Source: Lama guanicoe (lineage: Eukaryota). From it: a stretch of DNA of 64,000 nucleotides. Both the position numbers and the translations under genes were made by a program. Below, piece by piece: positions 1 to 13,112 of this stretch. Where the stretch lies: assembly GCA_013239625.1 (NCBI GenBank), contig MU053994.1, forward strand, positions 1,677,775-1,741,774, given 5' to 3'. The notes under the pieces are model-generated. The model had not been told where the DNA came from, searched no databases, and was given only the letters and a program-made list of their open reading frames with translations. Position 1 is the stretch's first letter. Every line of letters starts with the position of its first letter.

Positions 1-130
1 CCCCGGCCAGCAGAGCTAGTTTCAGCCAAGGTCACGTCCCTTCCCCCTGGGTAGCCAGAGACCAATGACCAGTCAGTGGTGGGGTATAGAAATCCCTGCC
101 TTCTTGCTTCAATTTCAGAACAACTCTGCA
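1..130 (+). mobile_element. ERVL solo LTR fragment (LTR16-like), cut by window edge
   Basis: ccaatgaccagtcagtggtggggtatagaaatccc...cttcaatttcagaacaactctg resembles the LTR16 CCAAT/TATA region. Confidence 0.55.
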
Positions 131-574
131 CCCCGGAAGGAAGAATCACCAGGTTCTTGCGAGACCAGAGGGTGCCTTTACCTACATTGGAGACCTTGGA
201 AGCCCTGAGAAATGTCCCTTGGCCACAGACCACAAGTCACCGGTGTGGTAGTAACTGTGTGGCATCAGACGCAAGACTTGGCCAGAAAAAGCAGTCTTCA
301 ATAGAAAGACTCCAGCTGTAGCGGAAGGTAGAGCCCCCTACCCCGGGCGCCCCCTCTTTGTTGTTTGTGCTGCGAGAGTGCATGCACGTGTGTATTTGTG
401 TGGCTGGAGTGAATAAATGTTTAAATCAGTGTGTCCATTATAATTAGAGAGATTCTTCCTTCTTCTTCAAGGAATGCACTTCCCCCACCCTCACGCATCT
501 CCCTATCCCGCAGATGGGATCTGGCACTTGACCCCCAGCCTTGTGAGTTGTACTCACCAACCTTAGCATCCCTT

Positions 575-655
575 CCCCCATCTTGAGCTCCTCAAGGGCA
601 TCTGCTTAGTGCTGGCTACACAAGGAATGATCAAAAACGGATGGAATGAATGAAA
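575..655 (+). mobile_element. L2 LINE 3' end fragment
   Basis: tgagctcctcaagggca...cttagtgctggctacacaag...gaatgaatgaa, typical L2 tail. Confidence 0.55.
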
Positions 656-989
656 AACATGGCTGGGAGAGAGGCAGTTAATTCTGGCTATGACCCCAGA
701 GAAGACACCCTAACTGCGTCTCAGGAATTCCTGTCCTCATATAGCTTTCCTGGAGCAGTAGGAGTCTCAGTATTCAGAGAGAAAACAGATCCACACGCAC
801 CTGTCCTCCTGGACACCCTGCGCACGGTAAGCCCTCCTCCAGGCAAAATATCTGACTTCCTCAGCACCTGGGGAAATGCTGGAGCGCAGCTGCCTGCACC
901 CCACCCCAGCATGGAGGAGGGGCGCCCCAGGCCTCCCTCCCCACCCCTCATCCTTCTTGGCACAGGGCCTGGCAGCCGGGCTAGCCATG

Positions 990-2500
990 GAGTGCTCAGG
1001 GCGCGGCTGCCTTGGGCTGACGGAGTAATGCGTTATTTCAACCGATCAACTTATCAACGCACAGTTTGATGTGTGTTTGGGGCTGGTGTTAACCCAGGAG
1101 AAAAGCCATGGATTTTCACTTGAAATAAATCCAGGCAGAAAGGCTCACCTTGCTGAAGGCGCCTTCCCTTCCCCCACTGCAACACACTTCCCACCCAGGC
1201 CCATTCTCGGGGAGGGTCTTGGTAGGTGGGGAGATGAGGCAGGACCAGATCCTTCCTAATCCTCTCTCTTAAAACCACAGCTGAGGCAGCCGAACGTGCC
1301 TGCCCTTTTGAAGGGCCTTTCAGACAGGAGCATGTGCGTGGGGGACCTTATTTTTTTAACATCCTCCCCAGTTACTCCCCCAGAGACTCAAAGAACCGTG
1401 GGCTCCTGCCTAGGCTGAGCGTGCACAGGTCTGGGGAGACCCTGTGGGAAGATGGGCTCCTGGCTGGAGAAATATTCTTCCTGCACAGAGCTGTGCCGCA
1501 GAGCCCGGGCGGGGGCTCAGGCCCCCATCCTTCTGGGGCCTGCATTTCTCAAGGGAGAAATAATTGGCCTGTCTATAGAGCATCAGGATTCAAATAAAGC
1601 TGAAAAACACATGCAGCCCTGCGAATTCTATAAATGTGGAATTACAAATGATGGCCCGCCACCACAAACGCACACGTGCGCACACAGCGCTCAAGGCTGC
1701 CTCTGCGTTTTTCTCTGATTGTTTCCCAGATCTACCTGATTCAAATAAGCCCACTCTCATTTGAACTGGAGGCAATCAGGGTGGAAAATAACCCTATGCC
1801 GTTGGTGCAGGTCCAAAGTGTCACCATTTGGCATCCTGACACGGCCGATGTCCCCATCAGCTGTTCAACGTCAGCCAAAGGGGGCCTCCCCCAGCCAACA
1901 AATCAGAGATTTCATTAACCAGCAAAGCCTCCCGGAAGGATGGGCGACCTCACGTGGGCCTCCCCCACCCCTCCCCTCCCCCTCCCTCCTGCTACACAAA
2001 CGGGCTCGCAGCCACTAGATTGGATTCAGATCTTGTAGATGAAGAAATTCAGATTCGACAGCGGCGCCTCGCCAGACCCCAAGCGAGGGCCGAGCCCCCG
2101 CACGGCAGCTGGGCTGCCTTGGTAATAACCACCCGTAATATCTGACAGAAAGAGCCCACGCTGGTCATCTCCGATCCTGCCACATGAAAAGAAGCATTAC
2201 ACCGGCCTCTCGGGGGCCGGGGCTAGGGGAGAGGCTCCGCACAAATCAGAAACATTTTCCACGAAGCTGCTATTCAAGGGCTGGAAAATCAACAGGGGCT
2301 GTTTTCCTGACATCCTGGGAGCTGCTATTATTCTCCGGGCCGCGCAGCTCGCAGAACGCAGCGAGGCCGGCTTAACCCGAATTCGCTGAGCGTTTGGCAT
2401 TTCTGAGCTCAGAAGCCTTGGACGGGTGGGAGGAAAAATCCATGCTGGCCTGGGGGGTGGGGTGGGGGCCGCTGAAGGACTCCAAAGGGGTAACATCCAA
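990..2500. promoter_or_regulatory. Repeat-free candidate enhancer block
   Basis: No recognisable repeat, CpGs retained, CACGTG at 1673 and 1951, C-run tract 1962-1986; function inferred only. Confidence 0.35.
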
Positions 2501-3419
2501 AATAGTTAACAACGGGGACAGCCTGGGCCTCGGTTATTCAGAATGAGTGCTAGCCTCAGCCCTGGGGCAGGGCCCCGGGGACTTGAGCTGTGTCAGGGCA
2601 GCCAGGGTGAGGGGGTCACTTGGGACAATTAACGCAGAAGCGTTTGGAATCTATGCCCTGGTCCAGAAGCCCCTTCTTTAGCCAGGCTTCAGGGTGCCAT
2701 AACACCTCGTCCTTTGGTGCCCAGGACAGCCCTGAGCCACCTTCCTGAACCAAAGGCCTTCAGACGCAGGGCCGTGCCCTTGCAGAGACAAGAATTCTGT
2801 GACTAGATCTTCCAAGGTCCTTGCCCACCTAAAGCAGAAAGTTACACCTGGCCATTCCCAGTGTGTTTCTCCAAGGCTGAATTTTAAATTTTGAGCAGTT
2901 CTAGACACTTCCAACCACCCATGACAGACACCCAAAGGGATGGATGGCCTTGCCAATGCCCCACTTCCCTCCCCCTACTCCAATTTTTGTCCTTCTCATC
3001 TTGTCATTTCCACAAGCATTGTCCTAGCCAAGAAAAAAGGGCTAGACTCCCCCAGCCCTGTTTCTGTCTCTCCAGCCCCTTGCTCCCGGCCCCTGTCTCC
3101 TCCTGGCTTAGCCTCCAACACCTATCGTGTTCTTAGGGGTGACAGTCACTTAGGGACTTTGGGTCCCCAAGACCTTGCCTTTTTTGGTATAAAGCAGCTT
3201 TGCTATCAGGGACCTTGTGACATGTCAGCGAGGTGAGGTGACCTCTACCCAGTGGTCACCTTGGTTTTAAAGCAACAGACATTGAGCTGGTAAATAACTG
3301 TCTACAAGGACACGAGTGGTTTAAACCCCATGGGCTGGGATGGAAACAAATGAGGTGTATGCAATTGACCTCATTTCACTCTTATGCAATTTCCCCACCA
3401 GTAAAATCAGGCCAATGAG

Positions 3420-3525
3420 GCTTCTCTGTGCCTCAGTTTACTCATCCAGGAAATGGGACGGATCTACACCCTACACCCTAGGGTTACTGTGAGGATTAAA
3501 GGATGTTGTGTGCGAATGTGAGCCC
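3420..3525 (+). mobile_element. MIR fragment
   Basis: MIR core ctctgtgcctcagtttactcatccaggaaatggg...gtgaggattaaa. Confidence 0.75.
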
Positions 3526-3925
3526 TCTAAGCTATAAAAACAGAGACCTCAAAGGAGCCCCCAAAGAGCCTGAACCCCTGCACAGCTAAAATGCTCTCTC
3601 TGCCAAACCTGTTCCCTGGGCGGGGACACAGTCCGCCTGAGTTTCCTTGGCTGGCATTGCTGGAGTGCAATTTTTTGAGGACAACACAGCCCCAGCTCTC
3701 AAGCAAGGACCCGCCACAAGACAGCCGCGTCACCTCAGCATTTCTATAAAAAGATTGCTCGGGCTCCGGAGCCTGGCTGACAGGCAGGACTGGGAGGGTG
3801 TGTGCGTGTGTGTGCAATGAAATGCTCTCGGAACAGCTGGCCTCGGCCAGGAAGCCACGCTCACCCTAAAGCCCCCAGCCCCACTGGCAAGGAGGGGGAT
3901 GCATGCAAGGACGAGAAGAGAGGCA

Positions 3926-3974
3926 CAGAGAAAGAGAGAGCGAGAGCGAGAGCGAGAGGGAGATGGAGAGAGAG
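3926..3974. repeat. GA-rich microsatellite with (GAGAGC)n core
   Basis: agagaaagagagagcgagagcgagagcgagagggagatggagagagag read directly. Confidence 0.85.
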
Positions 3975-4335
3975 AATGCTGAAGAATGGGGCTGAGCAAA
4001 GAAATGTCTGCAGTGTGGATCTGTCGCTCTGCGCAGCCAACACAATGGACCTCTGGGTGGGCTCAGAGCGTGCCCCCCCAGCCCCCACTCCCCCCTCCCT
4101 GGCCTCCTGCCTGTGACCCAGAGAAGGACCTAGAAGACGGCTCCGAGCTGCTGCGTGTGCCCTGGGCCAGCCAGCAGCGAGGCCAGCCTGGTGTGAGTGG
4201 CAGCAAAGATAAACGGCGGCCGCACGGGCATTGACCGCCCCCACACAAAGGCCGCCTCTCCCCGGGTCCCTCTGAGGCCCAGATGGTCAGGGAAGCCCTT
4301 TCCCGCCTCCCACAGAGGATCGCTGAGTGTCTTTT

Positions 4336-4369
4336 TCTTTTAAAATGGCATATCTTTTAAAATGGCATA
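4336..4369. repeat. Perfect 17-bp tandem duplication (TCTTTTAAAATGGCATA x2)
   Basis: Units 4336-4352 and 4353-4369 are identical. Confidence 0.95.
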
Positions 4370-5744
4370 AAAAAAAAAGGCATTGCTCACAAAGGACCTG
4401 GATGAAAAATAAACCCTTAAAAAGAAAAAAAAACCCAGCCTCTCCGCGCTCAGCAGCCCGGCATTTCTTCCGACTGTCAGACTTAGCAGATTGCTTTCTG
4501 GAAAGAATCCAATTGGCAAGACCTGCCGCTGTGCAAATGAAATTTTAAAACCCCGCTCCTTGTTGCACTCAAAGAGCTTTTCTCTCTCTGCTTGTTCGAC
4601 ACGGCCTCGTAGAATTATTCTCTTGTCTCTCGTTGTATCGGAAACTAATATTCCCCCCACCCCGACCTGCTTTCCCGCCCCGCGTGAGGGGTCCTCACCC
4701 CAGCTGGGGATTTGGGTAATCAGGGGCGCCTGGAGCACCACTCCAGACCCCCATCTCGATTCTCCACCTGTGTTTCATCTCACAGAATCACCTGCTAATT
4801 AGGAGAGAGACCCGCTCCTGAAGAGAAGAAACACTTCCGGGCTTCCCCCCTCCCTCCCCGACCCCCCCCTCCAACTCCATAATGAGATAAGTGTTTGGGG
4901 GGTGAGGGAGGATGGATCCCGCGCGAGGACGTTCTTCACACACCAGGCTTGACACCCGTCAGGCCCGTGACACCCGCTCTGTTTGGCTGGCGTCCCCCTG
5001 GTGAAAAGTCAGCGGAAAAAATAGCCACAGGACTTGTCTGGGTTTGACAAGCTGCCTCGGCGCGTGATGAACTTGTAGCGAGGAGGCAGCGGGTTGTGTC
5101 AGAAGAGTCCCAGGCCTGGGAGCCAGGCGACCTGGGCTCCAATGCTGAGGCTGCTCCTAAGAGCAGCGTCCCGGGCACCGGGCAAGGCTCCAGACCCGTG
5201 TTCTGTTCTGCTTCCCTCTGTGCTCGTGCCGTCTGGGGCGGGCGCCGGTACTAGAGAGGTAGGCAGGAGTTGGTCGAAACATTGCCTCGTGCTGAGTTGA
5301 CGTCTCTGGCCCCCATTCCTCACCCCCTTTTCCGCCATGCCCTTCACCCTGAGACTTGGCAGCTCCTCTCACTAAAGGGCCAAAGTATGTTCCCCACCGT
5401 TTGACTCTGGGTTTGACCCTAAGACCTGCTTTCGCCCATTGATTCAGGCAAAAGTGACAGAGCATCCCCATACACACACTGTCACCACCTAGGCCTCTAG
5501 AGGCTCCTGTTACCCTCTGTGTCTCTGCATCGCACAAGAGATTCCTCTAGTGTCCTGCTCCCCCCTCCCGCAGTGAGTACATATGAAGCAGATCCAACTT
5601 ATAAATGACCTTTGGGTTGATAATACCCCTCCCCGCACTGATGGCTGCCCTCCTTCTAGTTTTTGAAAAGAAGGTACCCACTGTAGCAATCCTGAAGGAT
5701 GGCTGTTAAATTCCATCCTTGCCCTACTAGCAAGGGCGTAAACA

Positions 5745-5870
5745 CCTCATTACTCATTCATTCACCACTCACAAATTTACTGAGTACCTATTGTGTGCTA
5801 GGAGCGTGGCCAAACACCCCCAGGAAGAAATACAGGCTGTCAGGCAAACGCCATCCCTCAGTAAAGGAAG
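5745..5870 (-). mobile_element. L2 3' end fragment
   Basis: cattcattcacc...atttactgagtacctattgtgtgctagg is the reverse L2 tail. Confidence 0.7.
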
Positions 5871-8800
5871 TCCACCATCAGTGGATCCATCAGTCTGGAA
5901 GTCCTGATTTTCTCAGTCAGCAGATATTAAGAAAAGAAAGGGAAAAAAACGAGGCAAGGCAGTCAGGTAAGCAAGATGACCTCAAATGTAAATGATGGCG
6001 TACTGATTTGAGAAACGGTAGAATGGGGAAAGGCAGTGTGTGCCGCAGGGGCAGGGCAGACCATTCTCTGTTGTGCTGCAATGTCCCGGGCGTTGAACCT
6101 GAGTTTAGGGTTCAAAGCCCAAAATATTAGAAAAAGCCCCCAGCATCGCTTTGTTTTCGATGATTCACAAGGCCTGGCTCGAGTCTCCAGGTGATGTGAC
6201 ATGCCCCATGTGGGCCACCGAGAGGTCCCCCAAGAGGTTCACCACCCAAGAGCTTTCCTGCCAGCGGGGACCGTGCTGTCATTCCGGACGTGGAGCCAGC
6301 TGCTTGAACCATCCGCGCCAGGCCTTCAAAACCCATCAACCTGACAGTTCAAATGGCTTGGGGAAAGTTCAAATGCCTGGCCACGGAGTCCCCCAGAGAG
6401 GGAGGGCCAAGGCTGGGGAAATGTCTCACCCAGAGCAGCAGCTCCCACCCTGGGGAGCTCTGGTGAGTCACAGCAGACGGAGGGGAGGCGATGGCAGAAT
6501 GCCAGGCCGATTCTGAGCAGGCGTCAGTGTTCAAAAGCGGCCAGATCAGAGAGGCAGGAGGCGAATAGCCTGGGGCCGGAACTGGAGCCGGTCAATCCGC
6601 TGGGAAAAGGCCAGCAGATGCGGGGAGGGGCCCAACCCCACCCAGGCCCCTGAGACCTAAGACAATGCAGGCTGGAAGAGCCAGGGGCTCCTGCGGCCAG
6701 GGTGGGAACGTTCAGGCAGAAGACCACACTTGCTGGGGCTCTTTAATGTCCAGGTGGAAACTCAGAGAGAACGTTGCACAAACCCTGCTAGCTGGTGGGG
6801 AGATGGCTGCAACTTTTTTGCTAGGCTAGGCTTCTGCCGACTGCAGGGTGAGGTCCTGGGCAGTGCCTGGAGGTAGAGCCCCTGACTCCTCAAGCCTGGG
6901 CAGGGCAACCCCCATCCTCCTCTAGAGCACGCCTCAGTCTCAGTGTCCCAGCAAGTCCTTCCCAGGGCTCGTGAGACAACAGCGAGAGCCCAGATGTAGT
7001 TAGTGCTCACAGGTACGCTTGGCATACTTTAAGACTGGGTAGCAAATAACTACAGCCTCGAGTTCCCCACTCTGAGTTCTTCCCACCAGCCAGCCTTCCC
7101 TAGACACGCCCCCCCCCCCGCCCCCGGGACCCATGGACTTCCAAGCAAACTGGCGTGGAAACAGGTAAACAGTTAACACCCACACCACAGGGACCAGTGC
7201 CCGTCCTGATTGGCCACAGACTGTGCCCTACCAGTTGCCTAATGTTTTGAACATTCCGCCGGGGTATATGGAGAATGCCAAGTGCGGTGTCCTGTCCTGT
7301 TAATCATGGCCTGGCATGTACAATAGCTGTTCCCCACCAAGGGACAAATCCTTCCCCAACGGCTAACACAGACGGGATGGCATCTCCTCCATCGCAGCCC
7401 TTCTGAAGGACCATAGCACACCCCACCCCATCCTGGTCTCAGACCCCACTAGATGCTTGGATCTGTGAACCAGGATTTCGCTTATTAACTTGAACCTTGA
7501 CAATCCCGTAAGACAGCGGTAAGCATCACGCAGCTTGCCTGCATTTTCATATGGCCCCTGATCTAATTCACGGGCAGCACACTAAAAGTATTAAAGAAAC
7601 AGATGCCGCTCCCTTTTATTCACTTGCACGCATCGAGATGCCTTGACTAAGCTGAGCAATTCCAACCAGCATGCCTGTCGTCACCTGTCCCAGCCTTGCC
7701 TGCTGCCCTGACCCCCGGGGGTTTACAGGAGAATCTGTTGTGCTGTCTTAGGACCCTTTAGTTCATGTCAATTCAAGTACTTCCGCCCACTTCTTGCCTG
7801 AAGGCATCTGTCTGATGGTCCTGGCCCTTTGGGCATGACAGATGATGAGAAGAATGTACCCAGGGAAGGTGGCTCAGCTCCTGGGCCCTGGTGGGTGGGT
7901 CACAGCTAGGACAAGTCCACTGCCAGGGGCAGAGCTTCTCAATTTAGTGGCTTCTCAAATCCTCAAAGACAGTCACCACTCTCACTCTCACCTGACCAGA
8001 GCTGGCTTCCTGGACAGAGAGACTTTGGGTGGAGGATGCTGGTGCTGGGGCTGACATCTTCTTGGAGCAGGATGGCCCCACCACAACTCTGGGGGCTGGG
8101 ATCTGGCTGCATTCCCGCCAGGCCCCTCTTGGGGCAGAGATGGGCAAGATCTTTGGCCACTCAAAGGCTCATGTGGAGACCAGATACCTGGCAGACGGCT
8201 TTCTCCTCCAGATGAAGTCAGCTACGGGGACAGTTAGGAGGGAGTCTTGGGGAGCAGCGTTGGTAACACCCGGCAAGCCAGGGAATCACACCCTGCTTGT
8301 CAGTGACTGAGCCAGGGGCATCCCCCTGTGGAATAGCTGACACTGTGTCCACTTCTGAGCTCTTAAGCATCTCTTAAGGTTAAGGACAGATGCTTCCACA
8401 GCTTATTCAGGGCTGCAAAGGCCAGGGGTCCCTACTCATTCAACTTGAGGAAATAAATCCAGGCACCATTCAGGTAAATGTCATGTTTAGAGGAGAATAG
8501 AGAAGCTGAAGGGTCCAAGGGCTTTCCGATGGACTTGAACTTTCTGAAGCACATCTAGAGGACAGTCTTCAGATTACTGGGTAAATAGTTCTTGATTCTT
8601 TCAATCATTAATGGAATGACATTGAGCGCCAACTACATACCAGGCGCCATCTGAGCCCAGGAGTCTGTGATCATTGGCCAGGGCAGAATTGACTTTTGCT
8701 AATCTGAGCAGAAAAGTATGAATCGCAGAATCCTTGGCAGGGCTACGGAAGCAAGTTCTAGAGTGAGCTCAGGAGCTACTAACACCCCAAACCACATCGT

Positions 8801-9177
8801 GGGAGCGGGCTGCCAAGGCTCTGTCGTGCTGAAGATCGAGGTCAGAAAGCCACTGTATTCATGTGAGTCAGTGCCCGTGTCCGAAACTTGCTGAGTTCTC
8901 TAACTGATGAAAACCAAAAACATCTCCAAAACTCTAGCTCCATGTCACACAAGCCAACCCACTGTATTTGCCACAAATAGTGAACAAGACAGACCCAGTC
9001 CCTCTTCCAGGGAGCTTACCTCCTAGCTGAGGAAATGGACATTAAACATCCAGTTACCTAACTAGTCATCTGCGGAGGAGTGGGATGAGTTCAGAGAAAG
9101 ACACGGATGCAGCCCGAGGCTAGCCAGGAGTATGCTTGCCTGAGAGCACCCTGCGAGGGTGCCGGCAAACCCGGATG

Positions 9178-9420
9178 TAATAGTAACAGCTACCAGTTAC
9201 CTGGTGCCACCTGTGCACCAGGCACCAGTCAAAACACACTTCATCGATTAACTCATTTCATCCTCATGACACCATATTCTTAGTATCCCCATTTTCAGAT
9301 GAGGAAACTGAAGCTTGGAGAAGTGATGTAACCGCCTTGTCCACAGCCACACAGCTAGTAAGTGGTAAAGCCATTTCAAATCCAATTTCAAGCCCAGATT
9401 CAAACCCAGAGGGTCCACAC
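9178..9420 (-). mobile_element. MIR
   Basis: ccccattttcagatgaggaaactgaagcttggaga...cacacagctagtaagtgg. Confidence 0.85.
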
Positions 9421-9621
9421 TGCAGGGTTGGCCAGTTCAGCCCCTCTGTTACACTGTCCCTGCCACAAAGCAGGGGTTTGGGGCCACATGGCAGGGGGCT
9501 TTGCATATCACAGGGAGGAACTTCCGAAAGTGTTGTTAAATGTAAAAATTTAATTAACACTGTAAGGCAGAGTTCAGTCAATAGCAAATGAGCACAGTAG
9601 TGGAAATATGCTCAAGGGGTT

Positions 9622-10070
9622 TGGAGCAGATGCTGTGGGTGCCCTGCTCCTGTCCCGTCACTCTTACCGTGTTATTTGCATGCGGTTCTAACTCCCAGCT
9701 GCCAGCACCCACATCTCTGCCTGAGGGCTTCTCCAGCCACCAAAGCCTGCTCTGCCGACCCATTCGGCTGGCCAGAAATGCCAGGGAATTACTATCACTC
9801 CAGGGGCAGCTCTCAGCCGATGACTGACGGGAACCGGAGGACAAATGGCCTGGCTCCCTCACCCCTAGGGGGGCACAACTACACGTGCTCCACAATCATT
9901 CTCAGACTTTCCCGGTTGGGATCCAGCCTCAGTCACCCACAATGGTACGTGGCTTGTGCTACACCCTGTCTTCTCTTCCTCGTCCTGTGTCCCCACCCCT
10001 ACCAGTACTTCCTGGGGTCACCTCCCACATAAATCACTTTCACTCAAATCCCTGGCAGGGGAGGTGGGAT
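9622..10070 (+). mobile_element. ERVL solo LTR (LTR16-like)
   Basis: 5' tggagcagatgctgtgggtgccc; 3' ctcccacataaatcactttcactcaaatcc. Confidence 0.7.
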
Positions 10071-10484
10071 TGAGGATAGATGAAACTCCACCTAGGACCC
10101 ATGTGAGGTGGAGCGTCTGAAGTAACCTGGACGTCATTCATGCACGCCTTGATCTGTGTCTTTCCCCAGCAAGGGGGCTGTCCTAACACATGGTGCTGTC
10201 CTAGGGTCACCTGCCCCTGGTAGAATGCTCCGCTTACTCCCACATCCAGCCAGGCTGCCTCTGTGAAGGGCACACTCTGAGGTCCTTTTCAGGGCTCTGT
10301 TTCAAGTTGGGACTTTACCCCACTCTCTCCAGCAAAGGTCACTGGGAAAATGTCACTTAATGTGGCCACTGCCAGCTTCCTGGCCCTCCTTCCATCACTG
10401 CCCTCACAGCTGAGCAGAGGGGGAGGGACACTTAGCTGTACTCTCCCTGGCTGAGCCCTCTGGGGGGACACATGAGACCCACAG

Positions 10485-11047
10485 TGGGGCAGATTGATTT
10501 TTGAAAGGTAGCTGCAAAAATATATATATATCCCATCCCCTCTGCTCTCTAACGCCGTGACTGCCACTCTTCCCACCAGGAGGTGGGGGGGCGGTCTCTA
10601 TTCCCTCCTCTTGAATCTGAAGGGGCTGGTGACTCTTCTGACCAATAGATTATAGGAGAGATGATGCCATGTGACTCCCTATGTTAGGTCATAAAAGGAT
10701 CCAGCTTCTACCTGCTTCTCTCCTCCTCAGAAGCTCATCCTGGGCGCCTGATCAGCTCCTGAAGCGAGTTCACACAGAGGCAGCAAGGGGGAAGGGCTGC
10801 GATCCCCCAGCTGACAGCCAGCATCAGCCACCAGACGTGTGCGTGCACAAGTTTTCAGATGGCCCCAGCCGTCAGGGCTTCCAGCTGAGCCCCAGACACT
10901 ATGGAGCAGAGACAAGCCATCCCCACCTGCCCTGTCCAAACTGCTGATCCACAGAATCCGTGAGCATAAGAAATGATGATTGTTTTAATCCACTAAATTG
11001 TGGAGGGGGAGGGCGCGATTTGTTATACAATTATAGTAACGAAAACA
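10485..11047 (+). mobile_element. MaLR solo LTR (MLT1G/H-like)
   Basis: cctcttgaatctg...tgaccaataga...aggtcataaaagg; 3' gttttaatccactaaattgtgg...gtaacgaaaaca. Confidence 0.8.
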
Positions 11048-11052
11048 CTAAG

Positions 11053-11528
11053 TTGCTGAGATCCAGCCACGTGGACGAGCCTGGAGGACATGATGCCAGG
11101 TGACATAAGCCAGACACAGAAAGACAAATATCTCCTGATCTCATTTATATGTGAAATCTCAAAAAGTCAAAGACATAGAAGCAGAGAGATGAATAGTAGT
11201 TACCGGGGGCAGGGAGGTGGGGGAACTGGGGAGATGCTGGTTACGGGGCACAAAGTTACAGTTATGTAGAGAGCCAACGTACAGCATGATGACTGTAGTT
11301 AATAACACTCTATCACAGACTGGAAATGTGCCAAAAGAGTAGATTTCAGGAGCTCTCATCAAAAAAAAAAAAGTAATTACATGCAGAGATGGTTGTGTGA
11401 ATTTGTGTGACTATAGTAACCATCTCACTCTGCATGTGTATGTATATATCAAATCACGTTGCACACCTTAAATATATACAATTTTTATTAAGAATTAAAT
11501 TAAACGAAATTAGATTTTAAAGTAAAAT
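11053..11528 (+). mobile_element. 5'-truncated L1 3' UTR (L1MA9-like) with TSD
   Basis: cctggaggacatgatg...ataagccagacacagaaagacaaata...cacaccttaaatatatacaattt plus A-rich tail; TSD AAAACACTAAG at 11042-11052 and 11529-11539. Confidence 0.9.
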
Positions 11529-12344
11529 AAAACACTAAGCTTCCTGAATTCCCAAGGTTGGCTTGGCTTTTATTTGGGTTTGTTTGACATTGTTCTGTCC
11601 CTGTGAGGACAACGGCGAGAGGCCATCCTGTGTCTGGGTTCCAGCACCCCCACGCCTGCCCTGACATCATCCCCGACTCCCGGGTCTGAGGGAGCCTGCC
11701 TGCTGTTTCTACAGGGACATCCTTCCTAAGAGCTGGGGACAGCGGTTTGTCGGATGGTGATGGGTCCACCTGGGGAGACTTACAGCCCCGCCTTGGTCTC
11801 TTCTTTACTTCTGACGATAACCTCATGGCAACACCCCATCCAGGGACGCTGCGTCCCTTCTCCCACTGGGTCCCTCATGCCCCATAGGCAACTTGGCAAA
11901 TTCAGAGAGCCCGCCACATCTACAGAAGCAAAGCCTCGTGGTAGGGAGGGCAGGTGTCTGCAGAATTAATTTTTTCAGTTGTGCAAGTTGGGCCCCTCTA
12001 GGGTTCGCTCAGATGTTTTTAATCTCCCTTTTGGCTGTTCCCATCTGCATGGTCCACTCAGGCTGGAAACACTCTCAAAGTGGTGATGTTCAGTCCAGGG
12101 TCCAGCCCAGCCCCATGGACAGATGGCGCTTTAATGGTGACAGTGGCAGTGACACTGAAGTTGAGCAGCCTCACTGACCCATCACCCTCCCCACGCACAC
12201 CTGGCTAGGTAAGGGGCCGCCGGCGGGAAGCTGCTCCCCTGGGTTTCTTCCAGCAACTGGTGGCAGGAGCTAAAATCTCCATGATCGCATGCTAGGAAGC
12301 AAAAGCATTAATTCTTTTTGAAATTGCTTTTTGCTTGGGGGCTG

Positions 12345-12500
12345 GATGCCACTAACCAGCTGTGTGACTTTGGGTTGATTCTGTAAACTCTCAAAGTCTC
12401 ATGCTCCTTATGTGTAAAATATGGCTGGCATCCACCTCAGAGGGTTTGTGAATGAATTAAATGAGGTAATAGCACGTGCTTGCCGAGGACTCACTGTGTC
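12345..12500 (+). mobile_element. MIR fragment
   Basis: gccactaaccagctgtgtgactttggg...tgtaaaat...tgtgaatgaattaaatgag. Confidence 0.75.
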
Positions 12501-12664
12501 CCAGGAACCACGCCACACCCAGTGCATGCAGTCAGTTACTTCAGTCCGGAAGCCTGAGATACGTTTCTGCCACCGTAAGCCTAGCTGGGCTCCAAGAAAC
12601 TACACAAAGGATTTGCTTGTGATCAACATTAAGACAGGAGTGGGATTCCCCAGTGGCTTCTCCT

Positions 12665-13112
12665 GATTCGAGGGACACAATCCAAAGCCTACACCACGGC
12701 CGCAAAGCCCTGTGAGAAGCAGCTCCAGCTCTGTCCCCAATCCCGTTCCACCTCAGTCTCTCTGACTTCTTTGCTGTTCTTCAAATGGGCCAAACCCACA
12801 CTTGCCTCAGGGCCTTTGCACTTGCTGTTCTGCCTGAAATACTCTCTCCTCTCCCCGCCAGCAGTCCTGGGCTCACTCTCACTTATCCAGCCCTTGGCTC
12901 AAATGGCTTCCTCCATCATCTCTCCCCTTAACGTGCTCCTTTTCCTTCAAGTACTTATCCTGACATTATATTGTATCTTTTACACGTTTACTATCTGTCT
13001 CTCCTCATTCGAATGTAAGCTCCCTTAAGATAAGGATTTTGTTCTTATTCACCGTTTCATCCCCAGAATCTAGACTAGGACCTGACACATACTAGGTGCT
13101 CAATAAAAATAT
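12665..13112 (+). mobile_element. L2 (L2a-like) 3' region
   Basis: gcctcagggcctttgcacttgctgtt...gaatgtaagctcc...ctgacacatactaggtgctcaataaa. Confidence 0.9.

Larger units (their letters stand above)
3530..5300. promoter_or_regulatory. CpG-rich repeat-free regulatory block (weak orphan CpG-island-like)
   Basis: About 25 CpG by hand count in 4920-5280; TATAAAAAG 3745, SOX ACAATGG 4042, AGATAA 4207, MEIS CTGTCA 4474, ETS ACTTCCGG 4833. Confidence 0.5.
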
